This document shows, one piece after another, positions 26,808 through 42,320 of a stretch of DNA of 64,000 nucleotides (position 1 is the stretch's first letter; every line of letters begins with the position of its first letter). The position numbers and the translations under genes were made by a program. The notes under the pieces are model-generated. The model was not told where the DNA came from. It saw only the letters and a list, made by a program, of their open reading frames with translations, and made no database searches. The stretch is taken from contig JAMDHS010000036.1 of the NCBI GenBank assembly GCA_029717555.1, positions 1-64,000 of the forward strand, written 5' to 3'. This stretch comes from Peribolospora baueri (Eukaryota).

Positions 26808-29800
26808 ATGTCACAACCTCTCCTCGCCCAACCTCCACACCACGCCCACGCCCTCCCTCTCGACCATGGACAGCCCAACGCTCACGCCCCACGATGGCAG
26901 GCCGCCGTCCCAGACGCCACCGCCACCCACCCCGGATCAGAGGTGACGATCATGCGCGTTCAACCCTATCCTTCGTCGATGCCGGCCATGACACCCGTCC
27001 TACTCACCAACTACCGCCAGCGTGATCAGCTCGACATGGACGCCCGTCGTCTTGCCGCCACCCGCGAGGACTGGATGGCCCTCTGCGAGTTGGGACATCT
27101 TTGCAGTCAGCACCACCTCTCCAGCTATTCTGCCCTCAAGTACGGCCCTGCAGGTGCGTCATCGTCCTCGTCCTACTCTCTCGTCCGGCCGTCCAGACGA
27201 CCGTGCGATCCCTCGCCGGAGTGTCGCTGTCGCTGACGTCCCTGTCGCTATGCGCATGTTCCGTCCCCAGGCTCGCCCTTTGCCTACATCCCTCTCTCCA
27301 TTCAGCAACCTCACCTCGTGCTCCAGACCGCAGCTCGTCAGGCGTCTTACGAAGCCCGGACAACGGCTTGGATGATCGAGAAGCGGAGACGGAAGCTCGC
27401 TGATGTCTCCCAACAGGTCCATCTGGCGAGCGACGGTCGCCAAGGTGTCGACGGCGCAGTCGCTGGACCGGCCGAGCCGGTGAACGACGCCGCGGCCGCC
27501 CAAGCGTTTCGCAATAACATGTGTCAACGCGCGCGTCGAGCCGAGTCAACCGTTTCTGCGTCCACCCAAGTATGCAGGGACCACGGGGCGCGCTTGGAGG
27601 CCGAAATTTTTTCCGCCATGTCTGAGCCTATGGCCGTCTCGGACTCGTCCGTCTCCCTCGAGCCTTCGTTATCCGCCCCCTTTCAGGCCAGCCGCTCCGG
27701 TTCGCCGGACAGCATTATCTCCGGTTCCGATTCGAGTATGGCGGCTAACTACTTCGCTGGTTCTGGGGACGACGCCAGTAGTCGTTCCGCAGAGGTCAGC
27801 ACGCCCGCCTCCTCCGTCTATGGCGCGAGCCAGGGCGACGATCGGAGCCCTAGCCCGCCGTTGTCGAAGCGGACATGCCTCTCTCCCCCCTCTCCTCCGC
27901 CTCTCGCTCGTCGCGAGTCCGAAAGGAGCCCCGGATCCCCGGGCCACCATCGGCATCACCATCATCCTCGCCGGCCTTCCTTCTCTCATCACCACCCCCT
28001 TCACCCACGTTCCCATGCCTTCGACCGAGATCAGCACGCACACCAGGCACAGCACCAAACCGAGCGAACAGACCCCACGGCGGAGGAGACAGTGGCCGGC
28101 GACTCTTCTGATGCCGGGCGGGGGAGGTCGGACGCTGCCGCCATGGACGACGGTTCGGGGCTAAATGCTGATCGGACCAGGCGCGGGAGCAGCAGCATCG
28201 TCCCGATTGCGCCTCCGATGCTGGCACCGGCGAGCGTGAGCTTGGAGAGCGCTCGTGGCGTGGGACAAGTGCCTGTGATGACGGCGGTGGAGCCCAAGGA
28301 AGCAGCGGTCGGACATGTTTCCACGGAGGCGACCCGACTGCAGGATGGCGGCCATAGAATCGCTTCGGCCGCAACTGCAACCGCAACTGCGCTCGTACAC
28401 GCTCAGCCGCTCCTCCAAGCTCAGCCGGCCGCTTCTGTCGAGCGAGTGGCCGCGGCCGCGGCCGCGGCGCCGCCTGGGGTGGGCGCCGCCCCGACCGCTC
28501 CGGACGGCGGTTCTGCCCAGGCTTCTTCTCATGCTGCGATGTCCGTCAAGACGAGCGAGACGCACCCAATCAAGTGAGGTTTCGGTAGTTCTTCGCTCGG
28601 TCCATATGTGGTCTCTTTCATAGGTGCAAGTTTGACTGACGTCTTCCCTTCATTCCTCGGACTGACATCTCCCTTCATTCCTCCGTCTTCAGTATCAGCG
28701 TCATCATCCCTCCCGAGCTCGTCCCTTTCATCTCGGAACGTATCTACGCGTCGCTCCCAGAGTCTCTCCTCCGCTTGCCACACGCCTCGCGCAACCCAAA
28801 GGCGGCGGGCCTTCGCCTCACCAACTCGATCCTCTCCCACGTGCTCGCGTCGGCCAAGCTGCGACAGGGCGCGGTCGCGTTCGAGCCCACCATGGCTGGC
28901 GCCAGAGGCGTCGCGGACCTTTACTCCGGCGATCTCGTTGCGGACGCGTCCCTCGATCCCGATCGCGACGAGCAAAGGGACGGCGACAACGTGCGGCTGT
29001 TCCAGCTGGAGCGATCCATCGATCTCGCCGACACCACCGGCCCACGTGCGACAGCCACCCTGGACGCTTTGGGCATCAAGTTGCCCGACCCGGAGGCAGA
29101 CCCCCAGCTTAGCCCGGCAGAGGCTTACGCGGCGGCGACGTCGATCGGCCCCGCGGGCGTCGCGGCGACGCCTTCGGCCGCCCCGGACGAGTCCGGACCG
29201 CGGTACATCGGCAATCTCTTTCTTTCCAGTTGCCCGGGCAAAAAGGTACGCCTGTCGGGACCCGTCAAGGGCCGAGGCGCCATCTGTAGAGACCTTGGCC
29301 TCGATCTTGGGCGAGTAAAAAGTATGGGTGTCGGAGCTGTTGTCTGCTGTCTCGATGACGAGGAGCTCGGCTTCCTTGGCGCACCGTGGGAGGAGTATGA
29401 GAGGGTGGCGGACGAGTTGGGCTTGGATGTCATCCGGTGAGGCACGCCTAAATAGCCGCGTTTAGAGGGGGGTGCGCACGAATCGTCCTCTGACCGCGCT
29501 CGAATTCTTTCACCGTTCGTATCCATATCTGCGCGCGTCGCGCTGTCAGGCTTCCGATGGCCGAAGGTTTCGCGCCCACTTCGTGCGAGTTTCTTGACGC
29601 GCACATCACGTCGCTCGTCAAGACGTACACGCTGGCAGGCGTGCATGTGCTCGTGCACTGCCGCGGTGGCGTCGGACGGGCAGGCCTGATCGCGTGCAGC
29701 TGGATGCTCAAGATGGGCCTTGTCGGTCCTGGCACGGGCGCGGAGACGCCGTTGGTGGGCGTAGAGCAGTTTGGCGGGGACGAGGTGATGCGCACTGTCG

Positions 29801-30097
29801 AGAGACTTATCGAGGTGATCAGGCGCAGGAGGAGTCCCAAGGCCGTCGAGACAGCCGAGCAGGTGAGACCGGTTTCATTCAGACGTCGGTCGGTCTGTGT
29901 CGAACACTTGGGCTCAATTTCGGCTCGATTCGAATTCGTTGGACGATCAGGCAAAGTTCATCTACGAGTATGTTACGCACCTGTATAACCTCCGACGGGA
30001 GGAAGAGCTCCGCCAAGCTGGCCGAAGATCGGACCACCGACAGCAGCAACGAGGGCAAAAGCCGCGACAAGGAGCGGCGGCCGGGGCGACCGTGTAA
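26808..30097 (+). CDS. Cys-based protein phosphatase (CDKN3/dual-specificity-like) with long disordered N-terminus
   Basis: KTSETHPI; GNLFLSSCPGKKVRL..RDLGLDL; CCLDDEEL; LPMAEGFAP; CX5R active site VHCRGGVGRAG; RRSPKAVETAEQ. The N-terminal exon structure is less certain. Confidence 0.88.
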
Positions 30098-31491
30098 GGC
30101 GGCGACGGCCCCGCCGGCGTCGAACCGACCGCGGCCGATGTCGTCTCCGCTCCCGCCACTCCTCGCACGTTGGCGGTCGTCCTTGTCTCTTCACTGTCCA
30201 CTTGCGCTCGAGTGTCCGATTTGGTTGCTCCTTCCGGACGGTCTTTTTCCTATTCCCTCGCTTGTGTTGCCGCCTTACCTTCTTAGACACGTTTTGTCTT
30301 CGTCGTGCGCGCGTCCGTCCCGTCATGATGACTGTTCATCCATCTACACTCCGTCCTACCTTTGGTTTTAGTTTAGTTCTGTTGTCTACCTGAGACGTTG
30401 TTCCTTTCCATGTTCCGTCTACGTTAGCGCTGCGCATCTCTCCTCGATACCGTCTTGTCCCTTTCGTTTCCGGAGCGCTTGGCGAGCGAGCGGGGGGAGA
30501 TGCCCCGGTTGTCTTTCCTCGTTCCTTCGTCCTGGGCCTCTCCGCCTATTTTCCCATCCTCGAGTAGCGAGCCTGCACTGCATCGCACTGCACGCTTCCT
30601 TCCCCTCTCCTTTCCTCCCTCCGTGATTCTTGCCTCAACCCTCGTCTTCCCGCCACCCTCCTCCCGCCCAGATGCGCCCGCCCTGCTGCCTTCCCGTGTC
30701 TTGTTCTACTCTACGTACGCGCTCGCTGCATACGGTTTACAAACCAGGGAGCAGCTTTCACCCGTGCTCGTACGAAGTCAAAGTCACTCGAACCGGTTCA
30801 CTGACTGCTTCGATGGCGGATATAATCCCATCATCATGCTCCTCCTACCAACGTCGGATGCGACAGACCTCGTGACAGAGCAAGGGGCGCCTTTTGTTCG
30901 TTCGTTCGCTGGCGTTGCGGGGATGGATGGATGCCACGGCCGTCGTCTCGTCGCGATTCCGGGCGCCTGCCTATCCGAGCCTGCCCCAAGCCGCCGCCTC
31001 GCTTTTCCTTGGCTGGTCGGAAAGGGGCCCGGAGACGAGTTGGGCCGATCGCCGCTGCTCTCGTTTTCCTTCCGTGTCACCTTCTGCCGAGCGCGAGCGC
31101 GGGGAGACCGATCAACGAGAACGCACCGCTGCAAACCGCCATCAGTGGGGCGTGCGATGATAGGTACGAGTCGAAGCTAGTCAGTCAGTCAGTCAGTCAG
31201 TCAGTCATATGCCGGCCGAGCGAGCGCACTTCTGTCTCAGGACCGTCGGTACTGCTTTCTGGCTCGACCAGCTCGACAGCCGTGTGGTTCGCAAGAAGCC
31301 ACCTGCTGACCTGATAATAGATAAGACGGCGCTGTGCCGGCGCAGGGCAGCCAGGTGGACACCACCACCCCGCCCACCCGTCTTCTGCCTTCTCCTTCGC
31401 TTCGCTTTTGCTTTCTCCTCGTGCCTGCCTGTCGCCCTCCGTAGACATCCCCCTCAGCCGCCCCAGCTCGGACCCGTGGCTCCCCGCAGCC

Positions 31492-32360
31492 ATGGCTCGT
31501 CGTTTCCCAACGCTCTCCCGACCGGAGAGGGTGGGGCGAGACAGGGCACTGCGGAAGGAGGAAGAAGAGGAGCGCATGAAGTGGATCAAGAAAGAGCGCC
31601 AGGTCGGCGCTTACCTCGTCGAGGAACTCCATCCCGCCCCTCGCCGCGCCAGAGGGTCGGGGCCGGGGCGACCGCCGCCGCTGGTCGTCTTGCTGCTCAC
31701 CGAACCAGCGAGGCGGTGGCACGGTTGGAAGAGGGCGTGGGCGGAGATGCGCAGGACGGCGCCGTATGCTTGGAGACTGTTTCGTGATACCGCCACCCTC
31801 GTGCCCGGTAGGACTGCCGTACTCATGATCGCCATCTTCCTCAAAGGCGTCGTCCCTGCGTTTGGCATTGAGGCGACGAGGGACCTGATCGCTTGCGTAA
31901 GTCCGTCTCAAAGGGGGAGGGAAGGTGGGGAAAGGTTAACGATGTGCATATGGGACGGCGAGGTCGTCCTTGCATAAATAAGTCTCGACCGCTTAGTTTC
32001 CCTCTGACCGTCGTACATCTCTTGTGCACCTCTCAGGCCAGCGACGCCGCGGCACACCACAGGATCGACCGCCTTCGTATCTTCAAAGCCGCGTTTCTTT
32101 CCGTTGGCGTCGTGGCGCTAGAACGGGCCCTTCAGAGGCTCGTCGAACACAACGATGATATCGTCGACCGTAACATCCACGACCGATTGCAGCTCGCCTT
32201 CCTCTCCGCCGTCCTCCGTCTTGATCTGCCTACATGGGAGGATCCGGAGGTGAGCGCTATGTACGCCGACGCAGCTCACGTCGTCAACATGAAGCCTTTC
32301 CAAGTCATTCTCGAGGTCGTTCGTCAGGGTGCGCCGTGTCGGTCCGAACCTGGGCATGCT

Positions 32361-32409
<49 letters not shown>

Positions 32410-34289
32410 CCTTTCACGTACACCTCACACATCCCTGACCCGTCGCAGGCTCGCAGCTGGTCAGCTTGCTTCTACGCATGCGCACCGTCCGCCGGGCCGT
32501 CAACGACGGATCTCGATCCCTTGTCCTGCTCTGCTTCCTCAGGTCGCTCCTCATGTATTGGTCTTCCTGGGAGTTCCGCAATCGTAAGTCGCCCCTCACG
32601 TGGGCTCTTTCGATGCTCTCGCACAGCTGACATCGTTTCGAATTCCCAACGGGCCCCTTGAAGCGTACTCTGCTCGACTCGTCGACCCCAACGCTCTGCG
32701 CATGCAGACCATGAGCCAGATCGCCAACGATCCCTCCTTACGCCGTGACGTGCAGCTTTACGGGCTGAGACGGTACATCATCGAGGAATATCGTCGTGCC
32801 GCCAAGGCCATCGACGTCCCCACGCGCTTCCAGCATCCTGAACTGTTGCATCAGAACGTCCATCAACTTGTTCGCAAGGCTTTGGACGCGGCGGTCTACG
32901 TGAGTGAGCGAAGCGTGCCATCGTTGTCCGAAGAGGCGGCCCAACCTGGCGCTCACTTCAATTCAAACGCCCCCGCCAGGTTATCTTCGCCCTCAAGGCC
33001 ACGCGCGACCCCTTGGCCTCGTTCGCCAACCTCTCCTTCCTCCAGTCGGTCAGCACAGAGATCGTGTACGAGTCGCAGCATCTGATGCAAAGGAACGACA
33101 ACTTGCGCCGACGGTTTGATCACGTCAAGGCGCTGTACGACATGGAGAATTTGCGACCCACATTGGCTCCCGTCGTCGCCGACGGCGAGGAACCTTTTGT
33201 GTACTGCGCTGCAGATGAGGCGAGTGGAGATGGCTCTGGAGACAGGGGGATGAAGATCGAATTCAGGTGAGCGGCGCTGCAGCTTGAGAACGCGCCTCTC
33301 CTTTCCCCGCTCACACCGTCCCAAACTTATGCCTTCTGGCGCGATCAGACACGTCTCTTTCACCTATCCCGGCAAAGAAACGCCGGCACTCGAAGACATC
33401 AGCTTCACTATCCACCCGGGCGAAGTTTGCGTGCTCGTAGGAAGCAATGGAGCGGGAAAGTCTACGATCATTACCCTCATGACACGACTCTATGACGCCT
33501 CAGACGGCCTCGTTCTGATCAACGACCGCGACGTCCGGTCCTACGAGCCCGAATCACTGCGAGCGGCGTTCAGCGTGCTGAGCCAGAACTTGCACACGTT
33601 CCCCGTCACGATAAGGGAGAATCTAATCCTTGGCTCTCCCAAGCTCCTCGACGGGTCTCCGCCGAGCGTCGTATCCGACGACGAGGTGCAGGGCGCGGTG
33701 CGAGCGGCAGGACTAGAGGGCGTGCTGGAGAAGCTGCCCAAAGGCCTCGACGCCAATTTGGAACCTTTGGAAACCACTAGAGGAGGCGGACTCGTCCCTC
33801 TGGCCGCCAGGGGTTTGTTCACGGGCCCGGAGGATATGCCGAAGCTTAGCGGGGGAGAGTGGCAGAAGCTCGGTATCGCCAGGGCTTGGATGCGCAACAA
33901 AGCCGATGCGCTCGTCTTTGACGAACCGTGAGCGGAATCGTTCTTTTCTCTTTAATATCAATATCGCTTCGTACACGCTACGCTGTCGGGCAGGGCAGGA
34001 GGGGAGGACCGAGCTGACACGTCTCCTCACGCGCATCTCGCCTTTCAGGTCCGCATCGCTGGACCCGCAAGCAGAATGGGACCTATTCGAACGTCTTCGA
34101 GGCTTGACGCACAAGACGATCGCCTACACCACACACCGCTTCGCCTCCACACGCTTTGCTTCGCGTATCCTCGTCGTGGAGGGCGGAAAGCTGGTCGAGA
34201 ATGGGTCGCATGCCGAGCTTATGGGCAGAGACGGAGGGAGGTACAGGCACCTTTATTCGTTGTCTAGCAGAGGCTTTGTCGATGGCTGA
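31492..34289 (+). CDS. Half-size ABC transporter-like protein (MsbA/HlyB-type nucleotide-binding domain)
   Basis: IEFR-HVSFTYPG; Walker A GSNGAGKST; signature LSGGEWQK; Walker B/D-loop LVFDEP-SASLDP; H-loop THRF; hydrophobic N-terminal exons. Confidence 0.88.
32363..32409. repeat. 47-nt poly(T) tract inside an ABC-gene intron
   Basis: Homopolymer lies between the donor gtgcgc (about 32329) and the acceptor cag (about 32448). Confidence 0.9.
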
Positions 34290-34570
34290 AAGGGGGGCGC
34301 CTTCTCTTCGGACGGTCGCCGTCGTCTTGCTTTTCTTGCGCGCTACTGTCCGCGTCCTTCCCTCCCTCCTTTCCTACCGCGCTGGACCATCCTCACCAAC
34401 CTCATTCGCGAAAGCTCAGCCTAAGATCGAACGGATACACGATCCCATTCCACGCTATCTTGTTTCGCAATTACACAAACCGAGATCGTATTGGAATACA
34501 CGAGTACAAAGTTGCAGCATGCTGGGCTGGGCTGGGACAGAGGAATGGGTCGAAAAGTGGGGGGGGGGCC

Positions 34571-35275
34571 TTACCCGTCGGCCAGCCTCGGACGGTATTG
34601 CCGAACGGCCTCAGCGACGACATGGGCGACGACATAGTCTCCATCATGGCTTACGCTCAGATGGAGCTTCCTGGCCATCTTCGCGTTCTCATTCTCGCTT
34701 GATCTCCAGCCAATATCGGGTTCGCCGCCGCCGCCGCCGTCATCGCCCTCCAAGTCCGTCCTCGCAATCTCCATTAACAAAGGTCGAAGGAGAAGCGAAG
34801 GCTTAGGCGAGCCCTCTGGCTTGATCACCGCCACGTCTTTCCAGCCGAGGCGGATATGCGGGTAGAGCGCTTTGTACGCCGCTTCTTTGGCCGTCCATCT
34901 AAGCAAAGCGTTTGCGGTGAACGCCGGTCATAGGGGTCGTGAGCATGCAGGCTAACTTGGGGGCCTCTCTCAGGCTAAAGCGCGACGGGACGCTCGGCGG
35001 GTCGTCCACCTTGTTTTCATAGACTTCGCTCACCTCACGGCAAGCCATCTCAGCTCGATCTCCGCTCGATCCTCTCGCACCTTGCCCTCATGGCCTCCGC
35101 CTTCCGCCATGACTGCATGTTCATGAAGAGATAGCCATATGTCCCACTCTCGCTCGCTCAGGATCCGCCGAGCGAACCGGTTTCGGGAGCGTTCATGGGC
35201 GATGCATGGATGTCTAGAAAGAAGGCTGCGCAGGCGGCTGAGATGGAGGATGTCCGCGCCTACGCCGATGATCAT
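34571..35275 (-). CDS. AcpS-type 4'-phosphopantetheinyl transferase (Ppt2-like, mitochondrial ACP)
   Basis: MIIGVGADILHLSR; RFARRILSERE; LAVR-WTAKEAAYKAL; LHLSVSHDGDYVVA. One intron. Confidence 0.92.
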
Positions 35276-35399
35276 TGAAGACTTAAGATGGCCATGGAGT
35301 GTGAATGGAGAGGCGGTCTGTGTCCCTTTGTCTTTGTGTCCACGTCTGTCGCCCGCCCGGCGTTCGCGCCGGTGCTTTGTGAGCATCAGACGCGCGCTG

Positions 35400-35419
35400 A
35401 TTGGTCAGATTGGCTGACC
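35400..35419. promoter_or_regulatory. Tandem CCAAT boxes in the divergent PPTase/NDUFS8 promoter
   Basis: ATTGG at 35400-35404 and 35409-35413. The second is flanked by the inverted hexamer GGTCAG...CTGACC. Confidence 0.45.
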
Positions 35420-35565
35420 GGCTAACGCCCGCTCGTCGCCGCTCCTTCCTGACCATCCCGCGTCGTCCATAGCCGTCTTTCCCTCCGATCACCAGCTCGC
35501 CGCCCTCTTCACCACCGACAGACTAGAGCGTCGTCGCACACTCGTCCCCCCCGGTCGTCGTCGCC

Positions 35566-36974
<1,409 letters not shown>

Positions 36975-37397
36975 AGACGGTCACGGGAGTTTGAGAGTTC
37001 GGAGTGGGGCCGTGGCATTGTAACTTAGAAGAACCGACCCTGGCGGAGAAAGTTGGTCACCCGTACACGATGGATCCGGTACTCTGGATTCGCCAACGCA
37101 TCCCTCACTGTCCCTCGTTTATGTGCTTAGCATTTCCTGTCCTATTCCTTATGGAGGAATCGTCCTCTGCATATCGACGCTGAGCGGTCGAGGTCACAAT
37201 GGACGAGCTCGCTGTCGGAGATGGGACGTCGTCGCCGTCAAGAGTCCATCTCTGTTATCCCGCACGACGTCTGGGGAAGAGAGAGGCACCAAATTTCGGA
37301 GGAAGGCTTCGAGCGGCGAAGTGATCACCGTGGAGCCGTCTGTCTGTCCCCCTCCTCTCATGGCCACCACATTCGCCACACCCCAGCCGAACCCGCC

Positions 37398-38403
37398 ATG
37401 TCAGCGCACCGCAGGAAACCCGCGACACAGTCCTCTGTTCCTTTGCTGGATCCGCTTCCGAAACCATACTACTTGATCTTTGGCCTCCTCGAACCGCTTT
37501 CGATCCTCGCTGGCTGCGTGTACGCGTACGCCTTCACGGAGAAGTACCACCGCGAACTCGTTCCAGAGGCCTTCCTCCCCGTCACGCCTTCGGGAGGCGC
37601 GGATGGCGGTGGGGTCGTACATGCCGTGAAGGCGGCGGCGGGACAGGGGAGAGGAGGCGAGGCGGTAGCGTTGCATCCCGCCGTACGAATGGCTATAGAG
37701 CAGTTGGGTAGCTGTGAGTACTTCCACCTCCAACTCGCGCGCTTCTCGCTGCGCAGACACCCTGCCCTCTTCTGTTTGCCGGTCGTCTTCGTCTCGGCTT
37801 GCCTGGCGGAGTGCTCGCTCTCTGCTGCAAATATACTGAAAAAATATTGAATGCATCCTGCCGTCCATCGTCCTCTCCTCGTGGCACCCCTCCCGACTCT
37901 CCCTCCTCAAAAGGCTACTTTCTCCTCGCCCTCAACTCCTTCTTCGTTTTCCGTTTCATCCGCAATCGCCTTTCGCACGAGCCTACGCTACAGGAGACGT
38001 TCATCAAGACGTTTCTCTTCGCTCTGGGCGTCGCCGACGTACGTCCTCCTCTTGGCTATCCCCGTTCCCCTCCATGTTAGACATTAGATTGCCCTCGCCG
38101 AGCTGACCTATGTGTTCCTGTCCGAACTTGATCTATCTTTTGCCACTTCACTCTCTCCAGTGGTCCCACATCCTCTCCACCATCCATGCACTCCCCCAAC
38201 CTCGCCTCCACCCCCACCGAACCGCGCGCCTCGACACCCTGAAGCTTCTCCTCACGGACCCGTCCAGCTGGAACTCGCTCCTGTTCGGCAATATCCTCAT
38301 CACATTGTTGCTCTTCTCTGTCAGGTGTGCTTGGTGGCTCGGGCTGGGGAGGGGAACGGTGAAGAGGGAGCAAGGGAGCAAGGTGGCTGGGAAGGGAGAG
38401 TGA
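37398..38403 (+). CDS. Small uncharacterised fungal membrane protein (about 4 TM)
   Basis: Three exons: PKPYYLIFGLLEPLSILAG...QLGS / GYFLLALNSFFVF...FLFALGVAD / WSHILST...GNILITLLLFSVRCAWWLG. Splice sites are canonical. Confidence 0.8.
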
Positions 38404-39011
38404 TGCGTTAAGGTCGGCATTCCTCGTGAGACTCATAGGACGCGCTCGGTCGGATCTGGCGTGCTTCCGGACGTCCATTGGCACGCGAGCGGTTTGTGTG
38501 TGTCCCAAGTGACCTCCTTTGCAAGCCTTGTTCGAATGCTTTCCTTCTGGCCGAGTTACTCTCTGCGAGCTCGCCAGAAGAGATCGGCGCATGCGCTAAA
38601 CCGTCTCCCACTTCGTCAAGCCTCAGAGAGCTTCTCGCCGCTGTACGACGCACCCATGCTGCCGCAGTAGATTGTGAGGTGCTGGAAGCCGGTAGCGATT
38701 GCGATTGCCGATGACCGTCGCCATAAGTCTTGATCATTTACTTCCTCCTCTGTCTCGACCGACGATTTCTGCTTCGTACGTGCGTTTCTCTCTCCTCGTA
38801 GTCCCTAGAGTGCATTGAACGCACCGGGTAGAGAGGGAGAGAGAGCGAGAGAGAGAGAGCGCGCGGTGCGGCGGCCTTCTTCCTCCTCGAGCGCCCTTCG
38901 TAGTCGCGTCCTTCCTGTCGAGCGGACCGTTGGCTAGGCTTCACTCGTCGCCTTCTGGTCTCCGTTGATCCCTTCGATTCCATCGACTCATCAAAAGGCA
39001 GCATCCCCGCC

Positions 39012-42000
39012 ATGCCCCGAAAACCGAGCGCCTATTCTCCTGATGCCCTCGCTCCGCGGGCCCCCGTGCCTGCCTGGTCGGCGGGCCGACGGTATGGCAT
39101 CGTCATTGATGCCGGCTCGTCCGGCTCGAGGCTGCAGGTTTATTCGTGGAAGGAGGACGAAGTAGAGAGAGAAGAGCGGAGGAGGAAGGGGGAGACGCTC
39201 AAGGCCTTGCCTAGGGTCGAGAAGGGCATCGTCCACGGGGACGACTGGCAGATGAAAGTGGAGCCTGGTGAGTGCGCCCGATGCCCATTGGGGTTGGCTG
39301 GTCGACGAACCAGTACGAGGATCATGTTTTTTTCAGCCCTTACTCGGGCTTGGCCCAGTTGGTTCGGTCGTTTGGCCCAAAGTTGGAACAAGCTTTTACC
39401 CCTGATCTCACCTTTTCCACGGGCCACATGTGATCCCCCACTTCGCAGGCATTTCCACCTTCGGCGCCTCTCCTACGTCCGTTGGTGCCTACCTACGACC
39501 TCTTTTCGACCACGCGCTTTCCATCATTCCGGCAGCCTCCGTGCCCTCAACGCCCGTCTATCTCTTGGCCACCGCCGGCATGCGCCTCCTTCCGTTAGAA
39601 CAGCAGCGCGCGGTCCTCGCGGAGGCCTGTGGCTTCATTCGTAATAACTACGCCTTCTATCTGCCGGACTGCTCGGATAATGTAAAGGTCATCTCAGGGG
39701 AAGACGAAGGTCTGTACGGCTGGGTGGCGATCAACTATCTCCTGGACGGCTTCCACAATGATCAAGTCGGCGTCACTTCCTCCGGAACGACGACCACAGC
39801 AGGGACGAGCACGTACGGCTTCCTCGACATGGGCGGCGCCTCTACGCAGATCGCCTTTGAGCCAGGTCCGCAAGCGCGGATTGAGCATGAGGAGAACTTG
39901 ATCAACGTGAAATTCAAGATGCTCGACGGAAGTGAGGTCGTACACCCCGTTTTCGTCACCACTTGGCTTCGCTTTGGTACCAACAAGGCGCGGGAACGCT
40001 ACGTGCAGGCAAAAATCAAGGCCCACCCTCCATCTCCGTCAAGCGGTTCTTCATCGAGCAACCAGACCGGCGCGGGCGCCAGTGCAGAAACGGGTGCAGG
40101 AGAGAAGGCGGTGATGACGGTCGACGACCCGTGCTTGCCCAAGGGCCTCGTGCTATCAGAAAAGGCCCAAGGCGATACGCCCTACGTTCTCGTCGGCACC
40201 GGTTCCTTCTCCTCTTGCGTTCGGACCACCACTCCGCTCCTCGAGAAGGACGCCTACTGCGCGAACCCTCCATGCCTCTTCGCGGGGGTGCACGTCCCTC
40301 CCATCGACTTTGACGTATCCCACTTCATAGGCGTATCCGAGTATTGGTACTCCTCCAACGACATCTTTGGTCTCGGTGGCATTTACGACTATGTCGAGTT
40401 TGAAAAGGCGGCGGAAAAGTTCTGTGCGAGGGAGTGGACGGATTTGAAGACGGATTTCGATGGAGGAGTGACGTGGGGGAAAGGCATCGACATGGGCCGA
40501 TTGGAGATGCAGTGCTTCAAGGCTGCTTGGATTGTCAACGTGAGTAGTACTCGTAGGGTAACAGGTGACGCGCGTCGAGGATTTTTTTTTTTTTTTTTTT
40601 TTTCCTTCCACGATATGTTGACCTCCGACGTTTTCCCAACCCGAATTCTCAGGTGCTTCACGAGGGTCTCGGCCTTCCTCGACTTATAGATCCGGGTGGT
40701 ACGGGCGATGGCAGGAACCACACAGACCAGGCAGTGGACAAGGCGGAACAAAAGGCTCTCTTGACATCCAAACCGGGCTTTCAGAGTGTCAACGAGGTGA
40801 ACGGGCTTGCCATCAGCTGGACGCTTGGCAAGATGGTTCTTGAAGCCAGTCGTGCCGTGCAGGCGCCCTCGTGGCACCTTTCGGACGCGACGAGCGGGCT
40901 AGGTTCTCAACTGGACAAATTCCGACCAGCGGGCAAAAGGGTGGCGCGCTCGCCGTTTCTCTTTCTTCTCCTCGCCCTGGCTCTGGTCACTTGCGTCTGG
41001 AGTTGCATTGGCGGAAGAGGAGCCAAAAGAAGGCGCAAGGCCATCGTCGACTGGATGCCCTCAGCTTTCGCCTTCGGATCAAGGTGGGAGAGAAACGATT
41101 ACGTCTTGGCCAATCTGGAGGATGGCGAAGACGAAGCGAGCACGGGCGCTCCGAGCGCGCACTCCAGCTTCTCTCTTTCCTCCGCCGTGGGACGGGCGGG
41201 GTCGCTGTCGATGCCCAGCTCTCCCACCCTCTCGCGTTTCCTCTTGCCTTTGCGGAGACTTGCCTTGCGCTTGACCTCCTCCGTTCGGTCTCAGAGCCGG
41301 CGCGCATCTATGCCAAGACTGGCCCATGTGGGAGGCGCGTTCGGCCACTCGCGTCCCGCCCTCCGTCAGACTTGGTCCTCACCGTCTCTGGTCGAGTTTG
41401 GAGAGGGGGACCTGATTGGACCGACCGACACGTCGTCGGAGCAGGCTACGCCCACCGTCTATGCCGCTCCTTTACCGCACCACGCATCGTCGTCGGTGGT
41501 GCACGTCCTCTCGCAACGAAGGACGGACGGATCAGTCACTCCTACCCTGTCCTCTCGCGGCTCCAACTCTTCCTCTCCCGCTCCACAAATCAGCACGTTT
41601 GCCTCGGCGTACGCCTACGCGAACGGAAGCGCGCTCTCGCAGCCGCCCACTCGCTCCGTCAGCCCGGCTGGCGGGATGTCGACGACGACGAGAAGTTCTA
41701 CGACCATGGGAGTGGGAGGAGGAGTAGGAGGAGGGGGAGGAATGATGCCGGCGACGTCTGCGTGGATGAACAAGAGCGTCTCGAGACGGAGCGCTGGTGG
41801 AGGTGGCGGCCGGGTCAAACGCGATTCGAACGCCTATGTTCCAGATGACCATCGTTTCGCTGTTGGCGGCAACGTCGATGATGCTGGATTCGAAGAGGCG
41901 CCGCTGCGCTCGACTTCTTCGTCTCCCGTACAGGGCAGGTCGTCATCTTCGTCCTCTCACGGCAGGCCAGCGCAACATCATTATCTTCATCATCGGCCTC

Positions 42001-42320
42001 CCAACCTATTGTTTACTCACAGCCCAGGAGGAGCAGCCTCACCGGCGCCGCCGGTCATCGACCCGCCAGAATCGCCGATCCCACCACCGACGATGGACCG
42101 CGACCGGCCCTCGTCGGTGGCGCAGAGTTCGGCGATGAGTAGGAGCTCCTCCGCCGTCAATCTGAGCACGCTCGTCGGGAGGACCGGGCGGTCTTCTGCC
42201 GGTGCTGGAGCTGGGGCCAGTGGAGCGTGGGTGGGGCTGGGCATTGGAGCGGGAGCGGGGACTGGAGTGGGGAGTGGGTCAGCGCAAAACTTGATGGGCA
42301 CGGATGATGAGACAGACTGA
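39012..42320 (+). CDS. YND1: Golgi apyrase, GDA1/CD39 family (Ynd1-type with C-terminal TM and long tail)
   Basis: All five apyrase conserved regions are present: DAGSSGSR, ATAGMRLL, GEDEGLYGW, DMGGASTQ and SWTLG. They are followed by TM FLFLLLALALVTCVW and a Ser-rich tail. Confidence 0.92.

Noticed and set aside
18041..35275. Secondary-metabolite or CoA gene cluster (panB, PPTase, ABC)
   Set aside because: There is no PKS or NRPS. The PPTase is the AcpS/mitochondrial type, and the genes are separated by unrelated loci.
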